Positions 37,927 through 47,089 of a stretch of 64,000 nucleotides of DNA are shown piece after piece (within the stretch, counting starts at the first letter, position 1; each line of letters opens with the position of its first letter). The notes below the pieces were generated by a model, which saw only the letters and a program-made list of their open reading frames with translations, was not told where the DNA came from and made no database searches. The position numbers and the translations under genes were made by a program. This stretch comes from an uncultured Erysipelotrichaceae bacterium (GTDB lineage: Bacteria; Bacillota_I; Bacilli_A; RFN20; CAG-826), in assembly GCA_900316365.1 (NCBI GenBank), contig ONCO01000001.1, forward strand, positions 3,675 through 67,674, given 5' to 3'.

Positions 37927-40806
37927 TTATTTTAGGTCGATTCCAACCTCTGCGAAGTCGTCGCTATCCCAAACGTTATTGGAATGAGCGCAGACATAGA
38001 GGATGTTCTTGCTGCTTCTTCTAAAGAGCTTGAGCATGTCATTCGGAGCAGCGTTATAGGCGCTGACGGCGGTTCTAGAGGAGTTGTTAGGATCGAGGTA
38101 GAGGTCGTTCTGAGCTCTGACGCCCTGAGCAACACCCATGTAGGTGTGGTCGTTGACGTAGTCGGTGACGACGACGCCGTGGAAGCCCCATTCATTACGG
38201 ACAACCTCGGTGAGCATGCCTTCATGAGCACCAGCCCAAGTGGAGCCGATACGGTTGAAGGAGGTCATATAGCCTAAGCCACCCAAATCGCTATAGAGCT
38301 CGAATGGCTTGAGGTAGATCTCGCGGATAGCCTGCTCGCTAGCCCAGGTGTTGACCTTAACGCGTTCTTTCTCCTGGTCGTTGAGGGCCATGTGCTTGGC
38401 GTAGCAATAGACGCCGAATTCCATGGTGCCCTGAGAGGTGTAACCAGCCATAAGACCAGAGATGAGTGGGTCTTCGCTGTAGTATTCGAAGTTACGTCCG
38501 CCATATGGGGAGCGGTGGATGTTGATGCCAGGGGCATACCAACCGGTTAAGCCGGCGGCAGCGCCTTCTTTGCCGATGGATTCGCCGAAGAGAATGGCGG
38601 CATCGATGTTCCAGGTGCTGGCGACGATAACGCCGCATGGATGGCCGGAACCGCTATGGAAGGCGGCAGCTGGGCCGTCATAGTCAGTGGCTTTGGCTTT
38701 GCCAATGTTATCGATCTTCGCGGTCTGGAAGCCACCATGTTCGATGAGGTTTTCCATATCGCTGACGGTCAACTGGTCGAGGAGATCTTCCCATCTCTCG
38801 TCATCCCAATCGGCGTCTTTGAGGTCTCTTAAGGTGAGGCCGTTCTTCGCGCCGGTGATCGGGGTGTCGCCATCGATGGTGTTGTCGTCATATCTCTTGG
38901 AGCCGAGGTTGATAGCTTCGTTATGACGGGAGTCGAGGCTGACGTTGTTCTTAAGGTCGCTGCTGCTGGTCCAAGTGCCATCCCAGTCATCACGGCTGAG
39001 ATAGGTGATTGGCGTCGTATCAGGACCTAATTCGGCCTCTTCGAAGTGTTTCGCGTATTCGTAGCCGGTCTGATAGGAGGTTTTGTACTCAATCTTTGGG
39101 AGGTTGAATTTGTAGATGTTGGAGTGGCCCTGGCTATGAGCTTCATGCCAGACGTCATCGCGGAGGGAGATTTCATATTCGCCTTCTTCTAAGACGTAAT
39201 AGCCATTCTCGCTATCCCAGGAAGCCATATCTCTGAGCTTGAATGGGATTTCGTAGGTCTTGGTTTCGCCTGGTTCGATGACATTGGTTTTACGGAAGGC
39301 CAAGAGGCTCTGCCAGGCCTTTTCGATATTGCCGGTATATGGCGCGTGGTTATAAAGCTCGATGACTTCTTTGCCAGCGACATCGCCGGTGTTCTTGACG
39401 GAGACGGTGATTTTGCCTTCGCCGGTGGTCTGGTTGAGTTCGTGGGCGGCAATCCATTTTTCGAAAGTGGTGTAGGATTTGCCTTCGCCGAAGGAATACA
39501 TGACCTCGTCTTCGTAATCGAAGGAAGAATCAGTCATAGCGCGGGTGACGTAATAACGGTAGCCGACGTAGATGCCCTCGGTATATTCGACGAACTTCTC
39601 GCTGCTGTTCTTGTAGGAGAAGGTGCTGTAGTTACCCATGGACTGGAAGGATGGTGCGCTCTGGGAGTTCTTGGCCCATGTGTCGCTCAATTTACCAGAT
39701 GGGACATATTCGCCTTCGAGGATTTTGGCGACGGCGCGGTTGCCGGTTAAGCCCGGAGTACCGATGAGGAGGATTGCGCCAATGCCATCATCCAACAATT
39801 CATTGATCTCCATCGCGTGGGAGACGTTGAGGAGGATGATGACCTTATCGAAGTTCTGCTTAAGGAGGTTAATGACCTCTCTCTCGTTGGTCTTGAGGCG
39901 GATTTCCTCTTCTCTCATGTCGCTATCTTCGGTGCCATAACGGGAGATGGCGAAGATCGCGGTGTCGCTCCATTCCTTGGCCTGATCAAGCAAGGACTGT
40001 CCGCCGAGCTCTGGATAAGAAGCGGTATAGGCGCTCACATCTGGCTCGTGGTTATACGGGAGACAGGTTCTAACGATTTCGGCATAGCCATAGGTGTTGA
40101 CGCCGCAATCGATGACGTTGTCGCTATCGGCAACGCTATATGGGGTTCTGCTTGGACGGTCGCTGTTACTGGTATCACGGCTTCCAGCGTTGACCGGGAA
40201 GTAGTTCTTGACGAGGTTGAATAAGTACGGGTTGATCTCGAAGCCTTCCTCTTCCATGGCTTCTTCGAATTTGACGACGTCGCGGTTCTTGACGGCGCTG
40301 TTATCGCGGTAGGTGGTCTGGACCGCGCCGGAGCCGCCGTTACCGTAGAACATACCGAAGGCGCCAGCGCCGAATAAGTTGACCTTATTGCTTTCGCTCT
40401 TCTTAAGTGGGAGGCAGTTGTTCTCGTTTCTAAGCAAGACCGCGCCTTCCTTTTCGATGACTTCGATGTTCTCTCCAGCTTCCGCCGCGGCGATACGGCT
40501 GGATTCGTTATCGATGGCGCCGATGCCGGCGTTACCGGTCATAGCCATGTAGATGTTAGACCAGTTCGCGGCTAAGGCCGGGCCGCCGATCATACCGATG
40601 AGGGTTAAGAAACCAATGATTGGCGTGAGGACGAAGAAGATGATCTTACGACCCTTCTTGCCTTCCTCTCCTTTGTCTAAATATTTCGGTAACCAGAAAA
40701 GAAGGAAGTAGAGGACGGTGACGAGTAAGAAGGCGCCGCCGAAAACCACTAACATGACCCAGTAGTGGCTTTCATAACCCATATCAATAAAGATAGGAAG
40801 TGTCAT
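37927..40806 (-). CDS. Membrane-anchored GH3 beta-glucosidase with permuted domain order
   Basis: 2 N-terminal TM; AVLLRNENNCLPL (GH3_C), Fn3-like, then GGRNFEYYSEDP, KHMALN, VVTDY nucleophile (GH3_N). Confidence 0.92.
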   Translation of the reverse strand: MTLPIFIDMGYESHYWVMLVVFGGAFLLVTVLYFLLFWLPKYLDKGEEGKKGRKIIFFVLTPIIGFLTLIGMIGGPALAANWSNIYMAMTGNAGIGAIDNESSRIAAAEAGENIEVIEKEGAVLLRNENNCLPLKKSESNKVNLFGAGAFGMFYGNGGSGAVQTTYRDNSAVKNRDVVKFEEAMEEEGFEINPYLFNLVKNYFPVNAGSRDTSNSDRPSRTPYSVADSDNVIDCGVNTYGYAEIVRTCLPYNHEPDVSAYTASYPELGGQSLLDQAKEWSDTAIFAISRYGTEDSDMREEEIRLKTNEREVINLLKQNFDKVIILLNVSHAMEINELLDDGIGAILLIGTPGLTGNRAVAKILEGEYVPSGKLSDTWAKNSQSAPSFQSMGNYSTFSYKNSSEKFVEYTEGIYVGYRYYVTRAMTDSSFDYEDEVMYSFGEGKSYTTFEKWIAAHELNQTTGEGKITVSVKNTGDVAGKEVIELYNHAPYTGNIEKAWQSLLAFRKTNVIEPGETKTYEIPFKLRDMASWDSENGYYVLEEGEYEISLRDDVWHEAHSQGHSNIYKFNLPKIEYKTSYQTGYEYAKHFEEAELGPDTTPITYLSRDDWDGTWTSSSDLKNNVSLDSRHNEAINLGSKRYDDNTIDGDTPITGAKNGLTLRDLKDADWDDERWEDLLDQLTVSDMENLIEHGGFQTAKIDNIGKAKATDYDGPAAAFHSGSGHPCGVIVASTWNIDAAILFGESIGKEGAAAGLTGWYAPGINIHRSPYGGRNFEYYSEDPLISGLMAGYTSQGTMEFGVYCYAKHMALNDQEKERVKVNTWASEQAIREIYLKPFELYSDLGGLGYMTSFNRIGSTWAGAHEGMLTEVVRNEWGFHGVVVTDYVNDHTYMGVAQGVRAQNDLYLDPNNSSRTAVSAYNAAPNDMLKLFRRSSKNILYVCAHSNNVWDSDDFAEVGIDLK

Positions 40807-41162
40807 TGTTGCTCCTCCTTCTGGGCGTTACCCTTTTTCTTTTTGATGATGCTTAAGGCGACCATCGTGCCGATTAAGCAGACGGAGACGCCCATGGTAA
40901 TGCCGAAAATGACAAAGCCCGTGTCTTTGTCTTCCCATTGCCTTGCCGGGGCGGCGCCAGTCTTCTTCTCCCCTTCGCTCTCTTTCTCTTCAAAGTGGAG
41001 AATCTTCAGTCCCAGCTCGTCATCATTATGATTGGCTTCTCTGAAACTGATTTTCTCTGCCGGATGAATCTTGCTTTCGCCTTTAGCCGCCATCGATGCA
41101 AATGCCGCACTAAAAGCCAAACCAAGGATTCCGGCAAATAACAGAAATTTGCCTTTATTCAT
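40803..41162 (-). CDS. Small exported protein with C-terminal TM anchor
   Basis: Signal peptide, C-terminal TM + KKKK; stop overlaps the GH3 start. Confidence 0.65.
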   Translation of the reverse strand: MNKGKFLLFAGILGLAFSAAFASMAAKGESKIHPAEKISFREANHNDDELGLKILHFEEKESEGEKKTGAAPARQWEDKDTGFVIFGITMGVSVCLIGTMVALSIIKKKKGNAQKEEQQ

Positions 41163-41527
41163 ATGTTCATCTCCTTGTTTTAGGAACAATTGGCATTAAT
41201 AGAATATTCTAATTCGCATGAAAAACAATATGTAATAATGAAAGAAACGTAGCAATATTCCGTGTTATTTGCGACTACCAACTTTCCGCGATAATTGCCC
41301 AAATGGCAAAATAGTACACTAAATACCCTCCTTCATAACGGTGGTAAGGGTTCAGTAAAATGAGATGGCAAGCCAACTTTATAGAGAAGATATCGCCATT
41401 TCTTTAGCGATTACTTATACGCGCGCTCTTAGAAAAATGAAATGAAAGAATGCTATATAAGGTCTATCAATTTTATAAATCTTCCTGTTTGATTTTTCTT
41501 TCTTTCGGGGGCAATCTTTATGTAACG

Positions 41528-42769
41528 ATGGATTACTATTCGATTATTATCTGTCTGGTTTTGGTGATGATGGTCGTCTTGACCATTCTCACCATCGAGA
41601 ACAACCGTTTCACCAAAGAAGAGAAAAGGACTTTTCATATTGCCCATGTTTTGGTTGGTTTAGCGGCCATCATGGAATGGCTAGGTTTGCTCTTTGACGG
41701 CAACACCGACATCCCGGCCGAATTAATCAAGACGGTCAAGTTCTTTGACTATGTCCTCACCCCGATCACCGGTGTGGCCATCGTTTGGCAGATGAGCAAG
41801 AAGAGCGTCATCAAAGACGTCATCATCCTCCTACTTGGCCTTAACTTCATTTTGCAGATGGTCTGCTTCCCGATGGGCTGGATGGTTAAAGTAGATGAGG
41901 CCAACCATTATTCCCATGGCGTCCTCTATCCGGCTTACATCGCCATTTATTCCCTGGTCATCGCCCTTGTTTTGGTCGAGTTCGTCAAATATGGCATCAA
42001 GTTTAGAAAGCATAACCGCGTATCTTTATATGCGATTATCGCTTTGATTGCCGGCGGTATCATTGCCCAAGAGGTCTCTGGCGGTGTGTATAGAACCGCC
42101 TATCTAGTTGTTGCTATTGGCATGGTCTTCCTCTTCATCCATTACAGCGAATTCTTCCAGCAAAAGATGGATGAGACACTCGAAGAAAACAAGAATGAAC
42201 TCGTGCTCTCGCGGATCAAGCCTTATTTCATAAATAGTTGTTTGTCTTCCATCTCCGAATTATGCAAAACCGATCCTAAAGCTGCCCAAAAGCTTACTGA
42301 TGATTTCTCCGAATACCTTAAAAATCAGCTCGATTCGCTTAGTAACGAAAGGATGATTCCATTCGGCCGAGCCTTAGAACAAGTGGAAGTCTACCTAAAA
42401 ATAGAAGAGACTCGTTTCGGCGACCGCATCAAAGTCATCTTCGATATCCAGGCCGATAAGTTCCTTGTACCAACCCTTACGATCCAACCTTTGGTTGAGA
42501 ACGCGATTAGACATGGTATTTGCAAGAAGAAAGAGGGCGGAACGGTCTTTGTTAAGAGCTATGAGCGGGAGAAAGAATACGTCATCGAGATAATTGATGA
42601 CGGCGTAGGCTTCGACAAGAAGGATGTTTTTGGCAAGGCGAAAAAACATTTTGGTATCGATAACGTTAAAACTCGCTTGGAGTATTGCGGTGGCAAACTC
42701 GAGATCAATAGCGAAAAGAACTTTGGCACGACCGTGACCATCAGGATGCCTAAGAACATCCGCATCTGA
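41528..42769 (+). CDS. LytS/YehU-family sensor histidine kinase-like protein
   Basis: About 7 TM; YLKIE..RF, IQPLVENAIRHG, DDGVG, GIDNV..RL; H-box reads KPYF. Confidence 0.85.
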   Translation: MDYYSIIICLVLVMMVVLTILTIENNRFTKEEKRTFHIAHVLVGLAAIMEWLGLLFDGNTDIPAELIKTVKFFDYVLTPITGVAIVWQMSKKSVIKDVIILLLGLNFILQMVCFPMGWMVKVDEANHYSHGVLYPAYIAIYSLVIALVLVEFVKYGIKFRKHNRVSLYAIIALIAGGIIAQEVSGGVYRTAYLVVAIGMVFLFIHYSEFFQQKMDETLEENKNELVLSRIKPYFINSCLSSISELCKTDPKAAQKLTDDFSEYLKNQLDSLSNERMIPFGRALEQVEVYLKIEETRFGDRIKVIFDIQADKFLVPTLTIQPLVENAIRHGICKKKEGGTVFVKSYEREKEYVIEIIDDGVGFDKKDVFGKAKKHFGIDNVKTRLEYCGGKLEINSEKNFGTTVTIRMPKNIRI

Positions 42770-42834
42770 TGCTTGTCGACCTATAACCAACAAGGAGTTC
42801 TTCCAAAGCCGTCGATGACGGTTTTTTCTTCATC

Positions 42835-45081
42835 TTAAAGCGGGTTCTTCAAGAAATGGCCGCGGGTGTCATTCATCTTGTTGAAGGACATATCGCTATG
42901 GCCGGTGGCTAATTTATCCTGGAAAGCTTCGATGATGCGTTTGGTGTCTTCTTTGCTTTCGGTGGTGAAGGAGAGTCGGTAATAGTTGACCCCAGAAAGG
43001 CCATCGAGGTCATCGATGAGGTTAAGGGTTTTGCTATTTAGAAGCGTGGTGGTGCAGTCGTCGTTAAATAGGATCGGGAAGGAGGCGAATTCATCCTTTA
43101 AGGCGAACTTGCCTTTCTTGCAATCACCGCAATGCCCGAGACGTTTAAGCGGGCAATAACGAGAATGCATGATCTTCGCTCTGCCATAGACGATTAACTC
43201 AAGATTCGGGTCGGTGTTATAGCTTTCCTGATAGGAAGCGATAAGGGCTTTGATCTTCTCTTTGTTGATTTCCTGGGACAAAGTGACCCGGTTTACGCCG
43301 AGAGTGGAGAGTAAAGCCACCGTTTTGGCGTTGACGACGTTAAGGGAATAATCGCTGACGAGATAGTTCTTGCCAGAATAATGTTTGATGCCGCCCAAGC
43401 CTCCAACGAGGACTTCGCCTTCTTGCTCTAAGTATTTCGCGTTGTTCCTACGGACAATGTTCTTGTAATAGATATGCTTGATGCCAAGTTCTTTGGCAAC
43501 TTCATATTGCTCGTCGTTAGAAACTTCGACAGTTAATTCCGGCGCATGGATTTCGTCCTCTTTTGGAGATATGGCAATCTCAATTCCTGGAGTGACGTCT
43601 TTCTTAAGGCGGGAGGCATTGAGTTTTTCAATCGCGGCTCTCCTTAATTCGTTGATGGCCTTTAACGGCACGAAAATGCCCTCGTCCTTCTTAATTTCAA
43701 GGGAAGATAAGGCATACGGTGTGTCGTTTAGCTTGTTTAATTGTTTCTTGATGTTGCCTTCATCGACAGAGGATGTGAGGGATTTCTCGACGTTGAAGTC
43801 GCTTAGAACGCTTTCGCTATAGGCGCCATAAGAGACGCTTAAAGAAAGAGGTTTTCCGATTCTGGCTTCAAAGACCATATCCAAAGGAAGCTTACGGTAT
43901 TCAAGGCTTCTATTATCTTCGATGGTCTTATCAACGAATTCGACGTCTTTGGTTTTATATACCTTCGCGCCGAGCTCGACGAATTGGTCGCAGAAAGTGA
44001 CCGCGAACTTATCCGCGGAGACGATCTCCTTGCCGTTATTGTCAAACATCTTGGTGATAGGAAGGGAGATTTCCTTGAAGATGTTCTTGGTCTCGATTCT
44101 GATTTGGTCGCCTTTGTTTAATCTCTCATTAAGGCGAATCCAAATCTTGCCTTTGAATTGCCTGGTGATAACCCCGATTTGGTAACCATAGTTATTCGGC
44201 TTCTCGATGTTGGTTACGCTTCTAGAGTCTTCGCCGCCGATAAAGCCTTTGGTGTAGGTGCGGTTAAAGATCTTATCGAAATCATGCTTATCGACCTTTT
44301 CGCCATCTAAGAGGCGACGGTATGCTCTAGCGACGCCGGAGACATAGCTTGGCTCCTTCATTCGTCCTTCGATCTTTAAGGAATCGACGAAAGACATATC
44401 CTGCACCTTATCAGAGAGGTTTAAGTCCTTCATCGAGAGGAGATAGCCTTTGGCGATGACTTCTTTGCTCTCCCTATCAATTAAGGAATAAGGTTTGCGG
44501 CAGCATCCGGCGCATCTGCCGCGGTTGCCGCTGCGCTCACCGATCATGGAGGACATAAAGCAGTTACCAGAATAAGAAACGCACAAAGCGCCATGGATGA
44601 AGGTTTCGACCTCAACTTTGCTCTCTTCTTTGATCGCTTTAAGTTTCTCTAACGGAGTTTCTCTGGCGAAGACGACTCTCTTAACGCCTAGCTCCTGGGC
44701 TAAACGCACTCCGTCGACGTCATCAATGCCGCATTGGGTGGAGGCGCTGATCTCTAAGGAGGAATAATGGGTGGCGATATAAGTAAGGACGGCCAAGTCT
44801 TGGACGATGACCCCATCGACATGGATGGCGGCTAAAGCATCAATGGTCTTATAGACTTCCTCTAATTCATCGTCATAGGTGATGGTGTTGACCGTGACGT
44901 AGATCCTGACATTCCTAAGGTGGGCGAATTCCACTAAGCCCTTAAGGTTATCTAAATTAAAGTTCTCGGCGTAGGCTCTCGCGGAGAACTTATCGAGTCC
45001 GAGGTAGATGGCATCCGCGCCATTGGATATAGCGGTGTGGAAGGATTCTAATGTTCCGGCTGGGCAAAGTAATTCACTCAT
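42835..45081 (-). CDS. U32 family protein (RlhA/YdcP-like RNA hydroxylation, DUF3656)
   Basis: ELLCPAG, GADAIYLG, HGALCVSYSGNC, SGNRGRCAGCCR, LKIEGRMK. Confidence 0.9.
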   Translation of the reverse strand: MSELLCPAGTLESFHTAISNGADAIYLGLDKFSARAYAENFNLDNLKGLVEFAHLRNVRIYVTVNTITYDDELEEVYKTIDALAAIHVDGVIVQDLAVLTYIATHYSSLEISASTQCGIDDVDGVRLAQELGVKRVVFARETPLEKLKAIKEESKVEVETFIHGALCVSYSGNCFMSSMIGERSGNRGRCAGCCRKPYSLIDRESKEVIAKGYLLSMKDLNLSDKVQDMSFVDSLKIEGRMKEPSYVSGVARAYRRLLDGEKVDKHDFDKIFNRTYTKGFIGGEDSRSVTNIEKPNNYGYQIGVITRQFKGKIWIRLNERLNKGDQIRIETKNIFKEISLPITKMFDNNGKEIVSADKFAVTFCDQFVELGAKVYKTKDVEFVDKTIEDNRSLEYRKLPLDMVFEARIGKPLSLSVSYGAYSESVLSDFNVEKSLTSSVDEGNIKKQLNKLNDTPYALSSLEIKKDEGIFVPLKAINELRRAAIEKLNASRLKKDVTPGIEIAISPKEDEIHAPELTVEVSNDEQYEVAKELGIKHIYYKNIVRRNNAKYLEQEGEVLVGGLGGIKHYSGKNYLVSDYSLNVVNAKTVALLSTLGVNRVTLSQEINKEKIKALIASYQESYNTDPNLELIVYGRAKIMHSRYCPLKRLGHCGDCKKGKFALKDEFASFPILFNDDCTTTLLNSKTLNLIDDLDGLSGVNYYRLSFTTESKEDTKRIIEAFQDKLATGHSDMSFNKMNDTRGHFLKNPL

Positions 45082-45174
45082 GGGAGCAAATATACCACAT
45101 ATATAAAAGGTAAGTTGCTCCAAAGGGTCTAAAATGAGAGAATCTTTTCATTATTTAATGAAAGAGGAGTTTTC

Positions 45175-46617
45175 ATGGCGTTAAAAGACAATAAGACATT
45201 CCGCTGGATCATCATTCCGCTTTGCATCGCGCTTTGCTTCGTCGGACGTTTCATCCCGGCCTTTGGCGGACTTACTAAGGACGGTTTCAGCGTCCTTCTC
45301 ATCTTCCTTGGCTCCCTTATCCTTTGGCTTACCATCGGCATCGATTGGCCAAGCCTTGTCTGCCTTTTCGCCCTCGGTTTCCTCGATAACATCTCTTTCG
45401 GCAATGTCTTTACCTCTAGCTTTGGTAACTCCACCTGGCTCTTCCTTCTCTTTACCTTTATCTGCACCTACGCCCTGACCAAGACTTCATTGATTAAGCG
45501 CATCGCGATTGCCTTCGTTGACAACAAGGTCGCCAAAAAGAGCGGATATCTCTTTATCCTCCTTTTCCTTACCGCCGTCCTTTTGCTTGGCTTATTCATC
45601 GCTCCAACGGTCTTATTCGTCGTCATCCTTCCAATTCTCGAGGAAATCTTCAAAGTCGCCAAGATCGAGAAAGGCGACCGCATTGGCAAAGTCCTTATGA
45701 TGGGCTTAGGCTTCACTGTCTCTATCTCCTCTGGTATGACGACCATCGCCCATGTCTTCCCGCTTTTAGCCATGTCAGCGGCAGGGGTCTCCGTTGGCCC
45801 AATCGCCTATATGGCCGTCGGCATGCCGGTTGGCTTACTCCTCTTCGCCGCGATGATCGGCATCTTCTTCCTTTTTGCTAGACCAGAAGTCGATAAGCTT
45901 AAGAACCTCGATGTCTCTTCCCTTAAAGCTGATTTGCCTCCCGTCGGCAAGAAAGACATCATCACCGTCATCGTCTTCGCGCTTGTCGTTCTCCTTTGGA
46001 TTGTTCCATCTCTCTTTAAAGGAGTGGCGCCTGAGTTCTATAACAAGATCAACGGCTATACGACCGCGATGCCGCCTCTCCTTGGCGCGATTGCCCTTTG
46101 CATCATCAGAGTAGATGGTCAGCCGATCATCAAAGTTGATGACGCACTTAAGAACGGCGTTCCATGGGGCAGCCTCATTATGTGCGCGGCTACCTTAGCC
46201 TTAGGCGCCGTCCTAACCAATAACGATGTTGGCTTAAAGGCCTTCCTTGAAACCAACCTCAAGAGCGGTTTAACCGGTTTTGGTGTGGTAGGGCTCCTTA
46301 TCATCTTCGCTATGTGGGCGGCCCTTCAGACCAATGTCTCGTCCAATATGGTTACCGCCACTTTGGTCGCCGGGGTTGCTGGCGTGGTTATCGGCGCGGC
46401 GAATAACGGAATGAATGTCGCGGCAGTGGCCTCCATCATCGGCATGCTTGCTAGCTTCGCTTTCGCCACACCTCCGTCGATGCCGCATATCGCCATCGTC
46501 GCCGGAAGCGAGCATTGCTCCACCAAAGACGTTCTTATCTATGGTGGTCTCCTAATGATCGTCTCCGTTTTATTGGCTTGCTTAGTCGGCTATCCATTAG
46601 GTAGCCTTGTTATGTGA
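45175..46617 (+). CDS. SLC13/DASS family transporter
   Basis: Many TM helices, TNVSSN, SFAFATPPS. Confidence 0.85.
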   Translation: MALKDNKTFRWIIIPLCIALCFVGRFIPAFGGLTKDGFSVLLIFLGSLILWLTIGIDWPSLVCLFALGFLDNISFGNVFTSSFGNSTWLFLLFTFICTYALTKTSLIKRIAIAFVDNKVAKKSGYLFILLFLTAVLLLGLFIAPTVLFVVILPILEEIFKVAKIEKGDRIGKVLMMGLGFTVSISSGMTTIAHVFPLLAMSAAGVSVGPIAYMAVGMPVGLLLFAAMIGIFFLFARPEVDKLKNLDVSSLKADLPPVGKKDIITVIVFALVVLLWIVPSLFKGVAPEFYNKINGYTTAMPPLLGAIALCIIRVDGQPIIKVDDALKNGVPWGSLIMCAATLALGAVLTNNDVGLKAFLETNLKSGLTGFGVVGLLIIFAMWAALQTNVSSNMVTATLVAGVAGVVIGAANNGMNVAAVASIIGMLASFAFATPPSMPHIAIVAGSEHCSTKDVLIYGGLLMIVSVLLACLVGYPLGSLVM

Positions 46618-46626
46618 GGTAACCTT

Positions 46627-46902
46627 ATGAATAAGTTAGAGGAATGCCGTTTGAAGATCGACGCAATCGATAATGAGATCATCCGTCTTTACGAAGAAAG
46701 AATGAAAGACGTGAAAGACATCGCGGAATACAAAATCGAAAACGGACTCGAGGTCCTTGATTCAAGCCGTGAAAAAACGATGCTTGAGAAAAATTTGCTC
46801 AAGATTAGCAATGTTGAACTGAAGAAATATTACCATCATGTCCTGACTGGATTCTTGGACGCCAGCAAGGAGATGCAGAAGGAAATAATTGCCAAAAAAT
46901 AA
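46627..46902 (+). CDS. Chorismate mutase (AroQ, CM_2)
   Basis: R..ID.ID..I..L..ER....IA.YK....V.D..RE. Confidence 0.85.
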   Translation: MNKLEECRLKIDAIDNEIIRLYEERMKDVKDIAEYKIENGLEVLDSSREKTMLEKNLLKISNVELKKYYHHVLTGFLDASKEMQKEIIAKK

Positions 46903-47089
46903 GGCAAAAATCCCAATACTTTGAAGAAGCGGTTATCGGTAAAACGATAATCGTTTTTCGTATACAAAGTCCTCTCTTTTTGAAAATCTACTGGCGAAAG
47001 TAGTGGTTTAAAAATGTAAATGTTTTCATGCTACGTAGCGCGCATGCTTGCCTCTATAATTGTCAGTAGAGTCAAGGGGGTATTGGGGT

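Noticed and set aside
41258-41298. Imperfect direct repeat TTCCGYGWTAWTTGC as a LytTR site
   Set aside because: 12/15 match with a 26-bp period, unlike the usual 21-22 bp, and no cognate regulator in the window
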